Shown: positions 22,694 through 36,900 of the stretch, piece after piece
How positions within the stretch are numbered: the stretch's first letter is position 1
Layout: each line of letters begins with the position of its first letter
NCBI GenBank assembly: GCA_904063045.1
Contig: CAJFCJ010000022.1
Span: 1 to 64,000, forward strand
Direction of reading: 5' to 3'
Length of the DNA stretch: 64,000 bases
From: Dimorphilus gyrociliatus
Taxonomy: Eukaryota; Animalia; Annelida
The notes under the pieces: generated by a model
The model's input: the letters and a program-made list of their open reading frames with translations, nothing else
What the model was told of the DNA's origin: nothing
The model's database searches: none
Program-made: the position numbers and the translations under genes

Positions 22694-23662
22694 ATGAAAC
22701 GTAAAATTGCAAAAACTGTTGTTTTTTGTGGATTAGTATGGATAATACTCGTTTTCTTAGTAACAAATTATGAAGATGGGAAAGTTACAAACATTTTTAT
22801 ATGGTCGACAAATGAAATAACGAATAATGAAGTTATGAGGGACTGTATCTTAACTCAGGATATAGAGAGAGCTCAGGTGATTGTTACCAACTTAAAGGAT
22901 CTTAATTCATTCATAAACTCTGCAAAGAACATTAAAGATAAGGAAAAATTTCTCTATTCGGATTTTCCACCTAATAAATCTCTTGATCGTGAGCTAATCG
23001 ATAATCACTTTGATTGGCTAATATCCTATGTCAAAGAATCGGATATTGTTATTAAACAGTTTAAAAGAACTTTTTTTATACATAGCAATGAAGCTGATGA
23101 AAGAGCCTTCGATAGTGAGTTTGCCTCAAGAACAAGGTTAATATTTTGGATGAAAGAAGATTGCCATCAGTCATTGACAACAGAAAGAATTGAAAATTAC
23201 ATAGAATTGCTCAGTCGGTTTATTCCCGTTGATATTTTATCGAAATGCGATAATTCGCTATTTCCTGATGCCGAGAAACTATATAAATATCAATTTATCC
23301 CCTCTAATTCCAATTGTAGAGGATACGCGAATCCAACCGTGATAAAAGCACTTAGTAACGGCCTAATTCCTGTTGTATATGGAGTAGAACAATCTAAATC
23401 AAACATCTTACCGGAAAATTCGACTTTGTTCATTCCCCAATCGACGTCACCTGCTTTCCTAGGACGGCATTTGAAGACCTTAGTAGCTGATAAAAATTCC
23501 TACTTCCGCCTGAAAAATTGGATTTTTAGCGGAGGATTAGTGGAAAATAAGCGAATCGAACTGGGAGAATTATGTCAGTTTATAAGAGGGCAAAGGAGAT
23601 TTCGAAAAAGGAGGATTTCTAAGTGGTGGAATGTTGACACGCAATGTTCCATTAATCAATAA
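22694..23662 (+). CDS. Divergent GT10 (alpha-1,3-fucosyltransferase-like) type II membrane protein
   Basis: N-terminal signal anchor; LSRFIPVDILSKC and YKYQFIPSNSNCRGYANPTVIKALSNGLIPVVYG resemble the GT10 C-terminal motif; single exon, 322 aa. Confidence 0.7.
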   Translation: MKRKIAKTVVFCGLVWIILVFLVTNYEDGKVTNIFIWSTNEITNNEVMRDCILTQDIERAQVIVTNLKDLNSFINSAKNIKDKEKFLYSDFPPNKSLDRELIDNHFDWLISYVKESDIVIKQFKRTFFIHSNEADERAFDSEFASRTRLIFWMKEDCHQSLTTERIENYIELLSRFIPVDILSKCDNSLFPDAEKLYKYQFIPSNSNCRGYANPTVIKALSNGLIPVVYGVEQSKSNILPENSTLFIPQSTSPAFLGRHLKTLVADKNSYFRLKNWIFSGGLVENKRIELGELCQFIRGQRRFRKRRISKWWNVDTQCSINQ

Positions 23663-25549
23663 TACAGAGCTTTTATCATCATAACGCTGTTTCCATTACT
23701 CTAAGTGATAAAGTTGGCTTGACTTTGTATATTTTTTTAACAATGCCCTTTTTTTTCCATTAATATATATTTTAATGCTAGATATTTAAATATAATATAT
23801 AAGTCTTAATCCCTTTCTTTCTTTTCTCAATAAACTAGGCCTATATGAAAAAATTCTTACAACAATTACATTTAATGGTAATAATTAATTAGGTGAGGAG
23901 AGTTATTTAATTAGTAATACTTCTTTTGAAGTGAATAAATAACATTTGAAGTAGAGAAGAATTTTAAGTAGATTAGTAAAGGGATCATTTGTTAACTCTT
24001 GTAAGAGAAGTTTAGGAGGTCGCTTCCTTCTAATTTTTTCTTCTTCATATGCTCTGTTTCCTTTCCTTTTTCTCCTTAACATTATGCTTTTTTGATATAA
24101 TAGCATCTCCATAGTAATGAAAGTGAATAATTTCGTCATAAAATATTCAATTATTAATGGATAAAAGTCCCCAACTGTATTATAAAGCCTATATTTACTC
24201 CCTTTGCAATCCAGTATTTTCTTCAAAGTTCCTATTATCTTGTATTTTGTTGTGGAACGCGCAACTCGACTCATTCAATTTTTCATTAATGTCCATATCA
24301 TTTATAGCTTTTACTGCTTTTATAATTCTACTACTGATTTTTTTCCATATCTCACTAATCGGTAATGATTAATTTATAACTAATACGTTTTAAGAGAAAA
24401 AACTATATGACATAAAAAGACATTGTCATCGTACTTCTGTGTTTTTATATGGGTCGTTTATTCGTTATTTTATTCATTTTGGCGTGGGATTGTTCTAATA
24501 CGAAAGTTATTTGTCAAAGGGAGAAGAATATATATTGTTTTTTAAGAACAATTACATTAATATTTCTCTGTTTGTTCCAATCACTTGCTCGTTGTTTCTA
24601 TTTCTGTTTCTGTCTCTCTCTCTCTCTCTCCCACTCTTATCCTCCCTTATCTCAAAACTATGCTCTTTCGCATCACACCACTTCCTTCCATTTCCCACTA
24701 CATCCTGAAGGTGGCGTTTTCTATGTATGTTTATCAAATAGAATTATTAAGTCTGATGGTTTGATATTAGGTAGGGAATGTGGGTAGAATTGTGGAAGGG
24801 TGTGAGTTGGTGGGCGATAAGAGGCAAAGATTTGGTTTGTTTGTTACGACTATTTTGAGTTAGATACAGTATAAGTATATACAGTATAATATAGTAATAT
24901 ATACTTGTATATATACTCTATATATAAATTATAGTAGTATACTGTATTAATTTAGATAAACATGAATATATATAGAGATAGAGAGCTGATAGTTAGGTTA
25001 TATTAAAGTAAGAATATACAGATTTCATATATTACGGCAACAGTAATAAAACATAATAACTAAACCTAATCCTTAGATAAGGATTTATGGAAAAAAAAAT
25101 TGGAAATTTAAGCCTTATTAGAATAATAAGGGGGATAAATAACAAAGGAAAGGAAAAAGATTGATAGAGACGCTAATTTAGAGTCTTTTTAATGAAATCC
25201 TCAAAGTATTCAACTTTCACCTCATCAAACTGGGAATTTATCGTAGAATTTTCAATGAATTTTTGCTGCAACTACTTCAAAAATAATGCGAAACTTTCCT
25301 TCCTTCAATGCCAAATGCACTCGATGCAGAGGGGAAAAAGATCAACAATAATACGAATAAACGCTTAATGTTTATAATCAAGTTAGGTTGTTAAAACAAC
25401 TATTCTAATTTTAGCATATAACACAACTACATTTGTATGTGAATAAACAGATTTTAAAGGAATTTTTTACATAAATACCGTTAATTTTTTTAATTTATTA
25501 TTTATCAAAATAACAAAAGCATAACAATAAAAGAGGAAGTTGTTTAACA

Positions 25550-27452
25550 ATGTCTATAAGATATTTTTTACTCTTGGTATTTGCCATCTCTCTTTGTGGA
25601 GAATGTCGAAAATCTTATAAAAAGTAACAGATATTTTATATAAAATAAGCTGTTGATGTTTCTTATTTTGTCGCTCGTCTTTACTTTAGTTACAAGATTG
25701 TGGGGGTTACACCCAACTCTGAAAAAGAGATGCAATTGCTTAAACATCTCCAGAGATATAGCGACGTGAGTTAAAAGCTTAAATCAATTAAACGTCAGAA
25801 GATAATCACGAGTCAATTATTTCAGATTGATTTCTTGGTAGAACCAACAAGAATTATTGGGAAGGAAGCTGTAATGTTGGTGGATCCTGACCAACTTATA
25901 CTAATCGACTCTAAATTTCCGATATCTACTGGAAAAGCCAGAATTCTCAATGGCAACGTTGAAAAGTATATTTACTTATCTCACGATAGAAATTTAATTC
26001 TTTAATTATCATTTCCAAAAATAATAGAGATCTTGAAGATATGTGGAAGAGATTAGATCAGAAGAAGGTTTTCAACATAAATGATTACAACACACTTGAA
26101 GATATAAATTCTGAATTGGATAGATACGCTGCAAACTGCAAGGAAGGTGTTACCTGCGAAATTGAGGAATTTGGTAATTCAGTCGAGGGCAGACCCCTTC
26201 GCATGTTAAAGGTAATAAATACAAAAAACAGAGAATATATATCGCAAGTCTCTCTCTCTTAAATATGAAAAATAACAATAATAGATAACCAAGCCAGGCC
26301 CCGATAGAAAAGTTTTAGTCTTCGACTCAACAATTCATTCAAGAGAATGGTTAGCTCCTGCAACGCTGCTGAAAGTTCTGGACTTGGTAAAATAATCTGT
26401 CAATACGATAGTTGTTGATGATTTGTTTAGAATATAATTGCTTAAAAAATTGCTATTTTCTCCATCATTTTGCAGATTCACAAACAAGAAGAAAATGATG
26501 CAATTGAACTACTTAATAAATACGATTTCTATTTTTCTATCATATTGAATCCAGACGGTTACGTTTATACCTGGGAGACTGAAGTAAGTAAATTGGATAG
26601 TATACTATAAAAAGGGGATCTTATAAGAACAGATGATATCTGTGCTTTATTCTTCATTCATCTCCTATACTAGAGATTTTGGCGTAAGACTAGAAGTATT
26701 AATCCGAATTCGATCTGTAATGGAGTTGATTTAGATAGGAATTTCGATATCAAATGGGGAAGTTTGTTTCTTTCATTCTAAATATTTATAACTGTTCTTA
26801 TCTGTTCTTATTATTTTTATTGAATAAAAATTAGCTGTTGGTGCTTCGACTAATCCTTGCACAGACGAATTTTGCGGAAGTGCAAAGGCTTCCGAACCAG
26901 AAACTAAAGCTATTCAAGATTTGTCTTTAAGAATTGGACATAAGGTTTTGGCCTGGAATACGATGCACACGGCAGCTCAAACGATTCTTTTTGCATGGAG
27001 TGTTTTAGAAGATGGTGTTTGTAAGATGGCTGATGATCATGATGACTTGGTAAAATATAAACAAATATAAAAACGAAAACTGTTTTCTTTCTTTTAACAG
27101 TCAAGGGTTGCCGACGCTTACGCCGATGCAATCGAAAATACCTATGGAACTGTTTGGAGGAGAGGAAACTCTTGTTTATTAACTTGTAAATATGCTCTGT
27201 TTCTAGATAGGAAAAAACTTTAAGAGATAATCCTCTAGTTCTCACAAATTTCTTTCTTTTACTTCAACAGATCCAACATCTGGCACTCAGAATGACTACT
27301 TAAGGGCACAGGCAGGTATAAAGTGGGTTTATACACCTGGATTAAGAGGACCTGGATTTAATCCTGGTTCTAATGCGATAGAACCAAGCTTTCGAGAATA
27401 TTGGAACGGAGTTAAAGCAATGATAAAAGCAATAGAAGATACGAAACAGTAA
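25550..27452 (+). CDS. M14A carboxypeptidase A/B-like preproprotein
   Basis: Signal peptide, prodomain, TIHSREWL (H69/E72), [24 protein letters not shown] and TMHTAAQ (H196); about ten in-frame exons. The catalytic Glu position reads YTPGLRG. Confidence 0.9.
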
Positions 27453-28376
27453 TCAATACATAGAAATATTTACAAGTTAAATTTAGCCTTAACAATAAAA
27501 TATAAGACATAATATAGTATTATATATAAACAAGAGATGCTAACAATTGAATGTTTCCTTTTATATAGTATTAAGAACAAAATTATGTAATACTATTCTA
27601 TTAGTCTATTAATAGTTCTTTCGATTAGAGTTTATCAATTCTATTAATTTTTCTTCTGACGAATGAAACGATTGTATATGAATAAAGAATTTATAATTGA
27701 GTATATTGCAAGCTGTGTAAATTATGATGTTTTCAGTTAGCTTTTCAGTCTCTAAGTGATAAATTTATGTTCATCAGCTGGAAAAAACTGTGTTTATGAA
27801 AGATTTATTCAACTGGTGTAAAATTAGACCAAGTAATTCTATTTTCAGGGCTTTTCTGCTTTTTATTTCTTTATTTACTATTTCGGTCTATCTGCCTCAC
27901 TCTCTCTCTCTCTCTTTCTCCTCTCCAATTATCTATGACTCTCTTAATTTCTTTTGATTTATATTTTTTTTATAAGCCAAATATATAATTATAAACTGAT
28001 GATTTATGCAAGCATTACTTTCCGAAAATCAGTCGAGTAATGAAGTTTATAATGAGATTGGAAAACGTATAAAAGGAAAAAAATAAAGAAAGACAATAAG
28101 AACAAAGGAAAAATTGTAGTTGATATAATTAACATAGGTATTGAAGATATTATCTTTATTATTTTTCCAAATTATCTATAATTTAAAAGTCTTTAGTCAA
28201 TTTAGGCCTTTAATCAATAAACAGTATACTTCTTACATTTATATGTAAATATAGCTTATTAAGGTTATGAAACTACTAATGTATTATCATGCATTAGCTA
28301 TTTGTCATATTTGTATACATGAAATGATAATTTCTTCCCAGTTGTGCTACTAACACGTGACCTAGCGCAGGAAAAG

Positions 28377-30908
28377 ATGAATATTCGCAAAATTTTATTT
28401 TGTTTGCTCTACTTTGGATCAGTTGGACATTTCGAAAAATTTCATTTGGAACAAATTTCTTGGCAATCTTTTCAGCGAGTTCTCCTGTTTTCTGCAGGAG
28501 CTTTAAGTAAGTCTTTTTTTATAAATACAGTTGATCATAAAACAGAATACTTAATATATAGAGAAATAAGATGATTAATATACATATATCAATTAGAATG
28601 TTGTGACTAAAACTACACACCAAAAATGTTTAAATTTACTTGTTGTTATGACTTTATTAGATTCCAATAATAGCAAAATTGACAGAATATTTGAACTCGA
28701 TAATGTTAATAATGTTGTGACTGTTGAAGAAAACTCTATTGAACGGGTAATTGAAGATAATAAACTACAGACAGATTGTATTGTTCTAGATGGAGATACG
28801 AAGGAAATTAGTAGATGGTTTTCTATCGTAAATATTCTAAAATGTTCATTATTTATTCATATTGAGTACCATAGTGAAATACTATAATACCAACAGATAT
28901 ATAATTCTGCCCATTATAGCTTTATCCTTTTAAAATTTCATTGGATTATAATAGTAAACGATAATTCATCTTTGGATCATCTTCATAAATATTTCCATAA
29001 GATTATTAATATTGTCATTATTTATCAGGTAAATTAATTTTTGGTTCTTTTCAATTAGTATTACGCTTACGTAATACTCATTCTATTTTCAGTACGAATC
29101 GTATTACAAGATACAAACATATCTATTCCAAAAATATAATACAATACCAATAAGGAATATTAAGTCTAACGGTTTTGATAAAACTATACTCTTTCCATAT
29201 TCAAAAAAAGGATTTAATGGCTTGAAATTGAGAATCTTTACAAATATTGTTTAGTATTCTCCATTTCTATTAGAATGAATAAGAGATATAAATAAAAATT
29301 ATTTCAATCTACAGTGGCCATATTTTACTCATCTGGATGAATACAAAAATTATGTAGGAATTGCTATGGATCTATTACATTTCGTTTCCTCTGATCTCAA
29401 TTTCACGTAAAATGCGATTTTTTTACTTGAACAAGTGGGAACTTTATGATTTCTATTCTTAAAAACAGATTTGACCTGTTCCTGCCACCTGATGGGAAAT
29501 GGGGTGGAATTGTAAACGGCCGTTGGGATGGTATGGTTAGAGAATTGATAGAGGATGTATAAAAAGAAATATTTAAATAAGTCTATTTCTTAGTAGTGTT
29601 AACTTCCTTTTATTGTTTGTCTTTATTAGAGAGGTGATGCAATTTTTGGCGCTTTTTCTCATACTGCTGAAAGACAAGAGGTCATTGACTACTCATCGCC
29701 ATTTAACTACGTCAGACCTTCTTTAATATTTAAAAATCATCTAAACGACGTATTGAAGCCAAAGAGCTTTTTATTTTTGAAACCATTTTCATCTGCTGTG
29801 TGGATTATTTTAGGTTTAAAGTTAGAAAATAATAAAGATTAGAAAATTAACTATAACTTCTTCTCTTTAGCAATCACCATTGTCAGTATGGGCTTTATGC
29901 TATATCTGAATAGGGAATCGAATGAAAATTTCCTATATACTACTGAACATCTATTCTTTTTCGGATCTATTGTAAATCAAGGTGGCAGCTATAAACTTTC
30001 GAAAAGTTCAAACTACTTTTTAGTATCCGCTTGGTGGCTCTTTTCAATAACAGTTGTCGCTATATTTTCCGGCAACATTATAGCTGATTTAGCAACGGAA
30101 AAATTAAAAATTCCATTCAATTCGTTAGAAGAATTATACTCGAGCAAAGATTATCAGTTGATCATTCTTTCTGGTGGTGCTTATGAGCAAGTCTTAAGAG
30201 TAATTAATATTAATTTTTACATTAATAATCTTTACTAACATCAATCTAAGAAAATGTTCCTTTCTCTCGTAGAATAGTAAAAATAGTGTTTATAGGAAAC
30301 TGTATGATAGTGTTATTGAAGCCAGTAAAAATGAACCTGACATACTAATACCGGATGTTAATTCGGTTATAAAATTTGTTTTGGAAGTAAATTAACATTA
30401 ATAAATAAACTAGTTGGAATAATAAAAGTGAAAACCTAAAAACAGGGAGGTTACGCCTACCTAACAACAGGAGCCGAAAGTCTTAAAGTAAAATATCCGC
30501 ATCTGTCAACGATCGAGGTAGGTTTTGAAGTTTCGGTAAATTCGGTTGGTGTTCAGAAAGGATCTTACTATAAAGAAGTAATTTCTACATCGTAATATAT
30601 TATTTTTTTCAATGGTAACCTAATCTAATCCAATTATTTGATATTTATCTTTTGTCTATAGAATTCTTAAAGCATTCGAAAGTGGTTTAATTGATAAATG
30701 GAGAAAGAAATGGTTAAAACTCGGCACGTCCAATTTGACAACGTCAACGAAACTTAATCGTAACGTTAGAATGATTGAATTAAGAGATATAGCCGATGTA
30801 TTCTATGTATTATTTGGTGGTATTTTTGTATCTATTGTCCTTTTAACTGTTGAACTAAGTTTCTATTACTTAAGAAAGAAATATCCTTTCTTCATTGGTC
30901 GCAGGTAA
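28377..30908 (+). CDS. Divergent ionotropic receptor (variant iGluR) #1
   Basis: About 11 in-frame exons: LFP..GFNG, GKWGG..WDGMVREL, ERQEVIDYSSPF, LKPFS..VW, FGSIVNQGG, WWLFSITVVAIFSGNIIADL, PFNSLEEL, ESGLIDKW, then M4. Confidence 0.88.
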
Positions 30909-31256
30909 TCTTTTCTAGTTGACAGTATATGCTGTTTCATTTATAAATAAAAGCTGAATTAAAGTGTTAATCTTCTTCGTTGAACTGTTCTAATTCCTAA
31001 TTGATTTTGATAAGCTAATTACTATATCCATTTACTAAGCCTACATTGTCATAAATTATGTAGTAACACTATTTTTGTGATGAAAAGTTTGCATTATTAA
31101 AAATGCATAAATATACCTTTTTTATTTATTTAGGCATTATATAGTTTGCTAATGTCTAACAGAATCAGACGCTTATGCTTCACTTCAGTGTTAAATGGGG
31201 ATTTAAGTTTAAAGTCTCCTGTAATTAGATGATTCTCTGTATGACCTCGTTTAAAA

Positions 31257-33666
31257 ATGAAGATATTGAATAAAGGAAATATTGTTTTTATATTAATATC
31301 CTATTCTACGACCGTTCAAGCGATTATGAAATTATTGAATTATTCTATAATTTGGAATTCATTTCAATCTGTTTTATACTACACCGAAGACGAAGGTAGG
31401 TTATATTTTACAATAGTCTAATTAAATGCTTATCCAGTTGCTTTTGTTCAGTATTTCCAGATTCTCTTTACAATAGTAGCATTAATAACAATAATCATAT
31501 TGAGCGTATAGTTACCTCTGATAAAGAATTCTTATCAGAGATGTTCAATCGCAAACGCCAATTAGATTGTATTGCCATTTATTATAGTAAAAATACGTTG
31601 GAACTACTATTTTCTCAGGTAAAAGTAACAAATTGGTTTCTCTTTGTTAGTTTCCACTTTAATTAAAAATTTAAATATCTAATTGGGTTAAACTAGATTG
31701 CGGATAAGATTCATGAAAGTTATATTAATATCAATTTTCATTGGATTATTTTTACTAATCTACACTTAGACTATATTCAAAATATAAAGGCTTTTCAACA
31801 AATAATTAATATAGCCCTTATCAATACGGTAATTTATATGAAATTTATAGATATTTATGGTAATATCTATGTTATCAACAGACGGAATATTCTGGATATA
31901 CTCATTGTTTTCACAATGGACCATATAAAAGACATTGGCAAAAGATAGGCGTTACTAAAGATCATTTCCTGACAAAGCATCACCTATTTCCGTTTTCAAA
32001 GTATGGTTTTAATGGGAAAAAAATGAGAGTTGGATCAAATTACGTAAGAACTTATACTATAAGCAGATATGTTAATATACAAAAAACATATTCTCTCTTT
32101 TAGTGGACATCCTATTTAGACCTTAATCCATCGAACGGAAAATACTCTGGATTAATAATTGATTTAACTAATTACATAGCTGGAGATCTTAATTTCACGT
32201 TTGAAAATTTGTTTTCTATTTGTTTATCGGCGAAATAGTCATTCTATTTTTTTAATACATCTTTCTTGTTACCTAACTGTTTAGGTATGAAATTGTTCTT
32301 CCAAAAGACATGTCGTGGGGTACGCTAAAGAATGGAACTTGGAATGGTCTTGTAAAACAGATATTAGATAAGGTTCATTTTTTACATCTCTCGCATTCCA
32401 AATCAAAAACGCTCGAATATCTTCAGGATATTGATTTTATTATTGCACCTTTAGTGAATTCTCGGAGTAGATCAACCGTTATTGACTTTACAATAAATTT
32501 CAAATACGAAAGAAGAGTTCTTTACTTTGTAAATCATTTACGACATCAAAACTCTTCTAGAAAATCATTATTCATTAAACCATTAAGCTCAACTGTTTGG
32601 TTGTATTTAGGCAAGTTTAACGTTTATATCAATAATCACTGTAATAAAAATGATATTACATTGATCAACTATCCTAAAAAATAGGATTAACTACCGCGTT
32701 GGTTAGTTTCATCATTAGTATAATTGATGTTATGGATAAGAAACGTTTTAGTCCATCCAAAAATATCTTATTTGTTTTCGGATCTGTCTTCAATCAAGGT
32801 GGTTGTCTAACATCAGATCATAGAATATCAAAAAGGATCGTTATATCTATTTGGTGGCTATTTGCTATAACTCTAGTTGCTACGTATTGCGGTAACATAA
32901 TCGCTTATTTGGCGATAAACTCAGTGAAATTACCATTTAATTCTGCTGAAGATCTCATTGATAATAATGATTATAAATTCCTTCTTTTGCCTGGTTCATC
33001 CGACTACGATTTATTTCGAGTATCTTTTTCATTTCTTTTAACTTTTCTATATCTGTATATATAGTATTTACATATTCAAACGCTATTAGAACAGCACAAA
33101 GAGGCCCTATAAACCACTCTGGACAAAATTTCAGAATCTTATTTCTAAAGAGCCTGATCTATTAACAACGGACTTTAACTATATCTTTAACAAAGTTTTA
33201 CAAGGAGGTTACGCTTTAATTACAACAAGATTGTACAGTTTGGAAGAAAAGTATCCTCACCTAAGTCGAACATCGTCTAATTTAGAATTAAATTTCTACG
33301 CATGCGCAGCTGGAAAAGAAAGTTCCTATACTTCGTCTCTTTCGCAATCGTTAGTTTTTCTCTATTTATTGAACAGAATTGTTTGTTCACCTTATGAATT
33401 TCTGGTTTAATTATAGAATATCAAGAACTGTCGAATTTGGTATTATAAAGAAATGGGAAAATAAATGGTTTGAAACTCAAAAAAGACAACTTTCAAGTGA
33501 CAAATCAAACTTTCACGCAGTTGTCAAAAGTATACTTTTATCGGATGTCATTGGAGTGTACATTATGTTGGCAATTGGTCTATCAGGTGCTTTTATTTCG
33601 TTGCTTTTAGAAAAGTACATCAAAGCTATGGAGTCGAGGGAGAAATTGCTTATGAAGTCGAAATGA
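31257..33666 (+). CDS. Divergent ionotropic receptor #2 (tandem paralogue)
   Basis: Same exon layout as IR #1: WNGLVKQI, IAPL..RSTVIDFT, IKPLSSTVW, FGSVFNQGG, WWLFAITLVATYCGNIIAYL, PFNSAEDL, EFGIIKKW, M4. Confidence 0.88.
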
Positions 33667-33947
33667 AATAATCGTCAATGGATGAAGGGCTTTGAAAGAG
33701 TAAACGATAAGACTGTTAATCCGTGTCATCCTTTTCGCAAAAATCTTAGTTCCGATCAATTGAAAACACTTGATTTATAATTTGAAATATATATATATAT
33801 GTATTTATATGACCAATTCACCTGTTAATTACCAATATTCTAAATTTGTTAACAATTCCTAACACATTTGCAGAATAACATATTGCAAATTCGATGAATG
33901 GAAAGTTCCACAAAAAAAAAATTTCGTATTTGATGAACCGTCACCTT

Positions 33948-36900
33948 TTAAACATTAACTTTATCATCCTCGCAATCGCTGATCAGTATATGGCAGTTTT
34001 TGCCTGTAAATCCAGCATCGCAAGTACAGAGGTATCCGTCTTTAAGTTGAGTACAAACTCCATTATTCAGACAGGGATTAGGAATACAGCTCTTTACTTC
34101 AGTTTCACAGTCTTTTCCGGTGAAACCTGCCTCGCAGGTACATTCGTATCCAGTTGGCTTGTTAATGCAAGTTGCTCCATTCAAACAAGGACACGATTCA
34201 CAGTAATCGATGATTTCATCACAGTTCTTGCCAGTATAGCCGTCGTCACAAATACATTGGTAGTTGTTAACTTCATTTATACATGTTGCACCGTTCATGC
34301 ACGGATCCGATTTACAGTTGTTAATAATGATGCAGCAATCTTTACCAGTATATCCAGGTTTGCATTGACATGCGAAATCATCAATCAAATTTTCACAAGT
34401 ACCGCCATGTAAACAAGGTTGTGATTCGCAGTTGTCAATAATTTGAGAACAATCCTTTCCTGTATATCCAGCTTTGCAAATACAATGATAGTCGTTAACC
34501 AAGTTCATACAGGTTCCATCATTTAGGCAGGGAGCAACATCACAGTTATCAATAATATCACAACAATCTTTTCCGGTGTATCCAGGTAGGCATGTGCATG
34601 TAAAGTCGTTTAATTTGTTACTACAAGTTCCTCCATGTTTGCATGGATTAGGTTGACAATTGTCAGTCATTTCTTCGCAATTTTTACCTTCGTAGCCGGC
34701 TGGACAATTGCATTCGTAAGCATTTTCGAGGTCATAACAAGTTCCTCCGTTTATGCAGGGATTCGAAGCGCATTCGTCAATGTCTAGTAAAGTATAAACA
34801 TTAATACAAATAATTATATATACAATTATCTTGCTTACCTTCACCGCAGTTTGTTCCTGTCCATCCTGGTTTACATCTACAGATGTAACCATCTACTCTG
34901 TCTTCACAGGTACCGCCGTTCTTACACGGGTTAGAAGCGCATTCGTCAATTTCCTGGTCACAATTCTTTCCAGTCCATCCAGAGTTACAACAGCATTCAT
35001 AATCATTAAGTAGATCTTTGCATGTTGCTCCGTTTCTGCATGGGTTCTCTGCACAATCGTCAATGTTATCGCCGCAATCCTTTCCAGTCCATCCAGCAAC
35101 ACAGGTACATTTGAAGTCATGAACAAGATCAGTACAAGTTCCTCCATTCAAACATGGTTTTGATAGACAATCGTCAATATTTTCATCGCAGTTTTTGTTC
35201 GTCCACCCTGGTGCGCATATGCACTGGTAGTCGTCTACTAAGTCTTTACAAGTTGCTCCATTCTTACAGGGTTTCGCTTTACAGTCATTAATATTATCGC
35301 CGCAATCTTTTCCGTTCCATCCAGGTGTACAGTCGCATTTGAAGTCGTCAATTAGGTCTGTACAACTACCACCGTTTAAGCATGGGTTTGATGCGCATTC
35401 GTTTATGTTAGTTTCGCAATTTCTTCCAGTATATCCAGGTTTGCAGAAACATTGGTAATCATCAACAAGATCCTTACAAGTGCCTCCGTTTACACACGGT
35501 TTGCCCTTGCAGTTATTGATATTTTCGCAGCAATCTTTACCAGTCCATCCAGGTAAGCAGGTACATTTGAAGTCGTGAACAAGATCAGTGCAAGTTCCAC
35601 CATTCAAACATGGCTTAGATTCACAATCGTCAATGTTTGTTTCGCAGTTGCGACCGGTATAGCCAGGTACACAGATACATTGATAGTCATTTACAAGATC
35701 TTTGCATGTTGCTCCATTCTTGCATGGATTTTCTAAACAGTTGTCAATATTAGTATGACAGTTCTTTCCAGTCCATCCTGGTTTACAGTCGCATTTGTAG
35801 TCGTCAAGAAGGTCTGTGCAAGTACCGCCATTCTCACAGGGATTTGAAGCACATTCATTGATATTAATTTGACAGTTAGGTCCAGTATAACCTGGCTCAC
35901 AGCAACATTCATAGCCGTTGAGAAGATCTTTGCAAGTGCCTCCATTATGACATGGATTTGATGCACAATCATCGATATTTTCTTTGCAATTCTTTCCAGT
36001 CCATCCGGAGGGGCATGTGCATCTGTAACCGTTAACAAGATCTCTGCAGGTTCCTCCATTTTCACATGGTCCGGATGCGCAATCGTCGATGTTATTTTCG
36101 CAATTTTTACCAGTCCATCCAGGTTCAACAACGCAGAAACATCTGTAATTGTTAACAAGATCCATACAAATACCACTGTGTTGACAAGGATTGGATTTAC
36201 AATCATCAATGTTTTCTCCACAATCTTTATCCGTCCATCCAGGTTTGCAGTTGCAGTTGTAGTCATCAATAAGATCAGTGCAAGCTCCGCCGTTCTTACA
36301 TGGATTAGAAGCACATTCATTGATGTTAGTCTCACAGTTCTTGCCAGTATATCCTGATTGACAACAGCACTCGTATCCCATGTGAAGATCTTTGCAGGTA
36401 CCTCCATTTTTGCAGGGGCCAGATGCACAATCATCAATATTATCTCCGCAGTCCTTACCAGTCCATCCCTGGGGACAAGTACACTTAAAGTCGCGATGGA
36501 GATCTTCGCATATGCCTCCATTCAAACAAGGCAAAGATGCACAGTCATCGATATTTTCTTCGCAATTTTCTCCAGTCCATCCTGGTCTACAAACACACTG
36601 ATAGTCATTCACTTTGTCGAGGCAAGTACCACCATTTCGGCACGGATTTTCAACACAATCATCAACGTTGTCACAACAGTCCTTGCCAGTCCATCCAGGA
36701 GTGCAAACACATCTGAAGTCATCGATTAAATCAGTACAACTGCCTCCATTCAAACAGGGGTTGGGTTGGCATTCGTTTATATTTGTTTCACAGTTAGTGC
36801 CAGTGAATCCAGGTTTACAGAAGCACTGATAACCGTTGACAAGATCTTTGCATGTTCCACCATTAATACATGGTAAACCTTTACAATCATTGATGTTCTC

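Noticed and set aside
24449-24787. ORF with a signal-peptide-like start (MGRLFVILFILAW)
   Set aside because: It runs into a CT microsatellite and no downstream exon could be joined.
32370-32422. Apparent insertion inside IR #2 ORF 32310-32684
   Set aside because: It is a stop-free GT-AG intron at the same position as an intron in IR #1.
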